A stretch of DNA of 64,000 nucleotides, from assembly GCA_038087875.1 (NCBI GenBank), contig CM075994.1:10232001-10296000 (forward strand), in the 5' to 3' direction. The notes under the pieces are model-generated. The model made no database searches. It saw only the letters and a program-made list of their open reading frames with translations, and had not been told where the DNA came from. Below are positions 61,425 to 64,000 of this stretch, piece after piece. Every line of letters starts with the position of its first letter. The first letter of the stretch is position 1. A program made the translations under genes and the position numbers. The DNA comes from Malacoraja senta (lineage: Eukaryota).

Positions 61425-62911
61425 TACATAGATACATAGAAAATAGGTGCAGGAGTAGGCCATTCGGCCCTTCGAGCCTGCACCGCCATTCAATATGATC
61501 ATGGCTGATCATCCAACTCAGTATCCCGTACCTGCCGTCTCTCCATACCCCCTGATCCATTTAGCCACAAGGGCCACATCTAACTCCCTCTTAAATATAG
61601 CCAATGAACTGGCCTCAACTAACCTCTGAGGCAGAGAGTTCCAGAGATTCACCACTCTCTGTGTGAAAAAGTTTTTTCTCATCTCGGTCTTAAAGGATTT
61701 CCCCCTTATCCTTAAGCTGTGACCCCTTGTCCTGGACTTCCCCAACATCGGGAACAATCTTCCTGCATCTAGCCTGTCCAACCCTTTAAGAATTGTGTAC
61801 GTTTCTATAAGATCCCCTCTCAATCTCCTAAATTCTAGCGAGTATAAGCCAAGTCTATCCAGTCTTTCCTCATATGAAAGTCCTGACATCCCAGGAATCA
61901 GTCTGGTGAACCTTCTCTGCACTCCCTCTATGGCTATAATGTCCTTCCTCAGATTTGGAGACCAAAACTCTACGCAATACTCCAGGTGTGGTCTCACCAA
62001 GACCCTGTACAACTGCAGTAGAACCTCCCTGCTCCTATACTCAAATCCTTTTGCTATGAAAGCTAACATACCATTCGCTTTCTTCACTGCCTGCTGCACC
62101 TGCATGCCTACTTTCAATGACTGGTGTACCATGACACCCAGGTCTCGCTGCATCTCCCCTTTTCCTAATCGGCCACCATTTAGATAATAGTCTGCTTTCC
62201 TGTTTTTGCCATCAAAGTGGATAACCTCACATTTATCCTCATTATACTGCATCTGCCAAACATTTGCCCACTCACCCAGCCTATCCAAGTCACCTTGCAG
62301 TCTCCTAGCATCCTCCTCATAGCTAACACTGCCCCCAGCTTAGTTTCATCCGCAAACTTGGAGATGTTGCCTTCAATTCGCTCATCCAGTTCATTAATAT
62401 AAATTGTAAATAGCTGGAGTCCCAGCACTGAGCCTTGCGGTACCCCACTAGTCACTGCCTGCCATTGTGAAAAGGACCCGTTTACTCCTACTCTTTGCTT
62501 CCTGTTTGCCAGCCAGTTCTCTATCCACATCAATACTGAACCGCCAATACCGTGTGCTTTAAGTTTGTATACTAATCTCTTATGTGGGACCTTGTCGAAA
62601 GCCTTCTGAAAGTCCAGATACAACACATCCACTGGTTCTCCCCTATCCACTCTACTAGTTACATCCTCGAAAAATTCTATAAGATTCGTCAGACATGATT
62701 TACCTTTCGTAAATCCATGCTGACTTTGTCCAATGATTTCACCACTTTCCAAATGTGCTGCTATCCCATCTTTAATAAGTGACTCTAGCAGTTTCCCCAC
62801 TACCGATGTTAGACTAACTGGTCTGTAATTCCCCGTTTTCTCTCTCCCTCCCTTCTTAAAAAGTGGGGTTACGTTTGCTACCCTCCAATCCGCAGGAACT
62901 ACTCCAGAATC
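61425..62911 (-). mobile_element. Young CR1 LINE fragment (RT)
   Basis: [28 protein letters not shown]; one frameshift near 62330. Confidence 0.92.
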
Positions 62912-64000
62912 TTTTTATTTTATTTTTTATTTTTTATTTATTAGAAGTACATTACATTACAACCACATACATTAGTACTCGTCACTTATGTCTTCTTACA
63001 ATTAATGTACTCCGTTTGTTATTTTACACTAGTAAAAGGAAAGGATAAGATTGAAAGAAAGAAGAAAGTGAAGGAAAAAGTGAGAGTGTAGAAAATGTGA
63101 CAACAAGAAAGAACGAAGACCGTATAAGAACAACATTAAAAACAAAAGAAAAAGAGTTAAGAAATAGACCCTAGAAAAGAAGGAGAAAGAGGAAAAAGAG
63201 AGAAACAAATAGTTTTTATGAGCATTACGCAAATGGGACATACCAACTCTTCAACTATCATCCCCCATTACCTGACCTCGATTTTTTTAAGGTACCTTTG
63301 CACCCTATATTTGTAATAATTCTATAAATGCAGACCACGTCAGGTGGAAGTGATCTGGTTTACCTGCCAGGAGGAGTCTTATCTCTTCTAGGTGTAATGT
63401 TTCGAACATATTTGAAATCCACATGTTTATAGTTGGTATTGGAGCCTTCTTCCAAAATTTTAGGATTAGCTTTTTTCCAGTTATTAACCCATAGTCTATT
63501 AGTTTCTTTTGAAACACATTTAGTTCTGGACCATCTTCCGTTATTCCGAAGATAATCCATTCTGCTTTGGGTATCAGTTTTATTTTAAATAATTTTGTAA
63601 AGATTTCGAAAATTTCATTCCAAAATTTTTGAATTTTTGTACAGAAAACAAATGAGTGCGCTATAGTAGCTTCTTGGGATTGACATTTATCACAAATGGA
63701 TGATACATTTGGGAAAATTTTATGGATTTTAGTTTTGGAATAATATAATCTATGTAAAATTTTAAATTGTATTAAAGTGTGTCTTACATTAATCGAACAT
63801 TTATGCACGTTTAATAAGTGTTCAGTCCAACTTTCCTTTGAAATTTTAATAGCTAACTCTTGTTCCCAGTCTCTTCTGATACCCTCCGTAGATGGTATTT
63901 CTACATTTAAGATAATATTATACAAATATGATATTAAGTTTGCTGATTCAGCTTTTATCTGCATTGCCTCATCCAATACATCTGCTGGGTTATTATAATG
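62912..64000 (-). mobile_element. L1-clade LINE 3' end (same family as 29748-40095), runs off the window
   Basis: MDEAMQIKAESANLISY...AFIELLQI nearly identical to the end of 38373-39740; poly-T at 62912. Confidence 0.92.

Overview
Eukaryotic genomic DNA, most likely from a cartilaginous fish (batoid/skate; inferred from the repeat families and the TRIM sequence type). The window is part of a tandem array of RING-B-box-coiled-coil-PRY/SPRY (B30.2) TRIM genes. It holds two apparently intact six-exon genes on the + strand (CDS 6676-11414, 471 aa; CDS 40888-48792, about 498-504 aa) and two fragmentary copies (exons 4-5 at 53003-53254; exon 1 end plus a frameshifted exon 2 at 56049-56280). A shared upstream block recurs at 1, 24580 and about 57130. 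Most of the rest is transposon-derived: many CR1 LINEs, three L1-clade LINEs, tRNA-derived SINEs, and Penelope-like fragments carrying hammerhead-ribozyme-like motifs. There are also non-autonomous Helitrons and a two-LTR Ty3/Gypsy chromovirus (sushi type, ACAGG target-site duplication) with a self-priming-type PBS. A 200-N assembly gap lies at 50852-51051. The most notable signals are mosaic, loop-focused divergence between the TRIM paralogs, the self-priming chromovirus, the nested Helitrons and the Penelope hammerhead motifs. All alignments and counts were done by eye.
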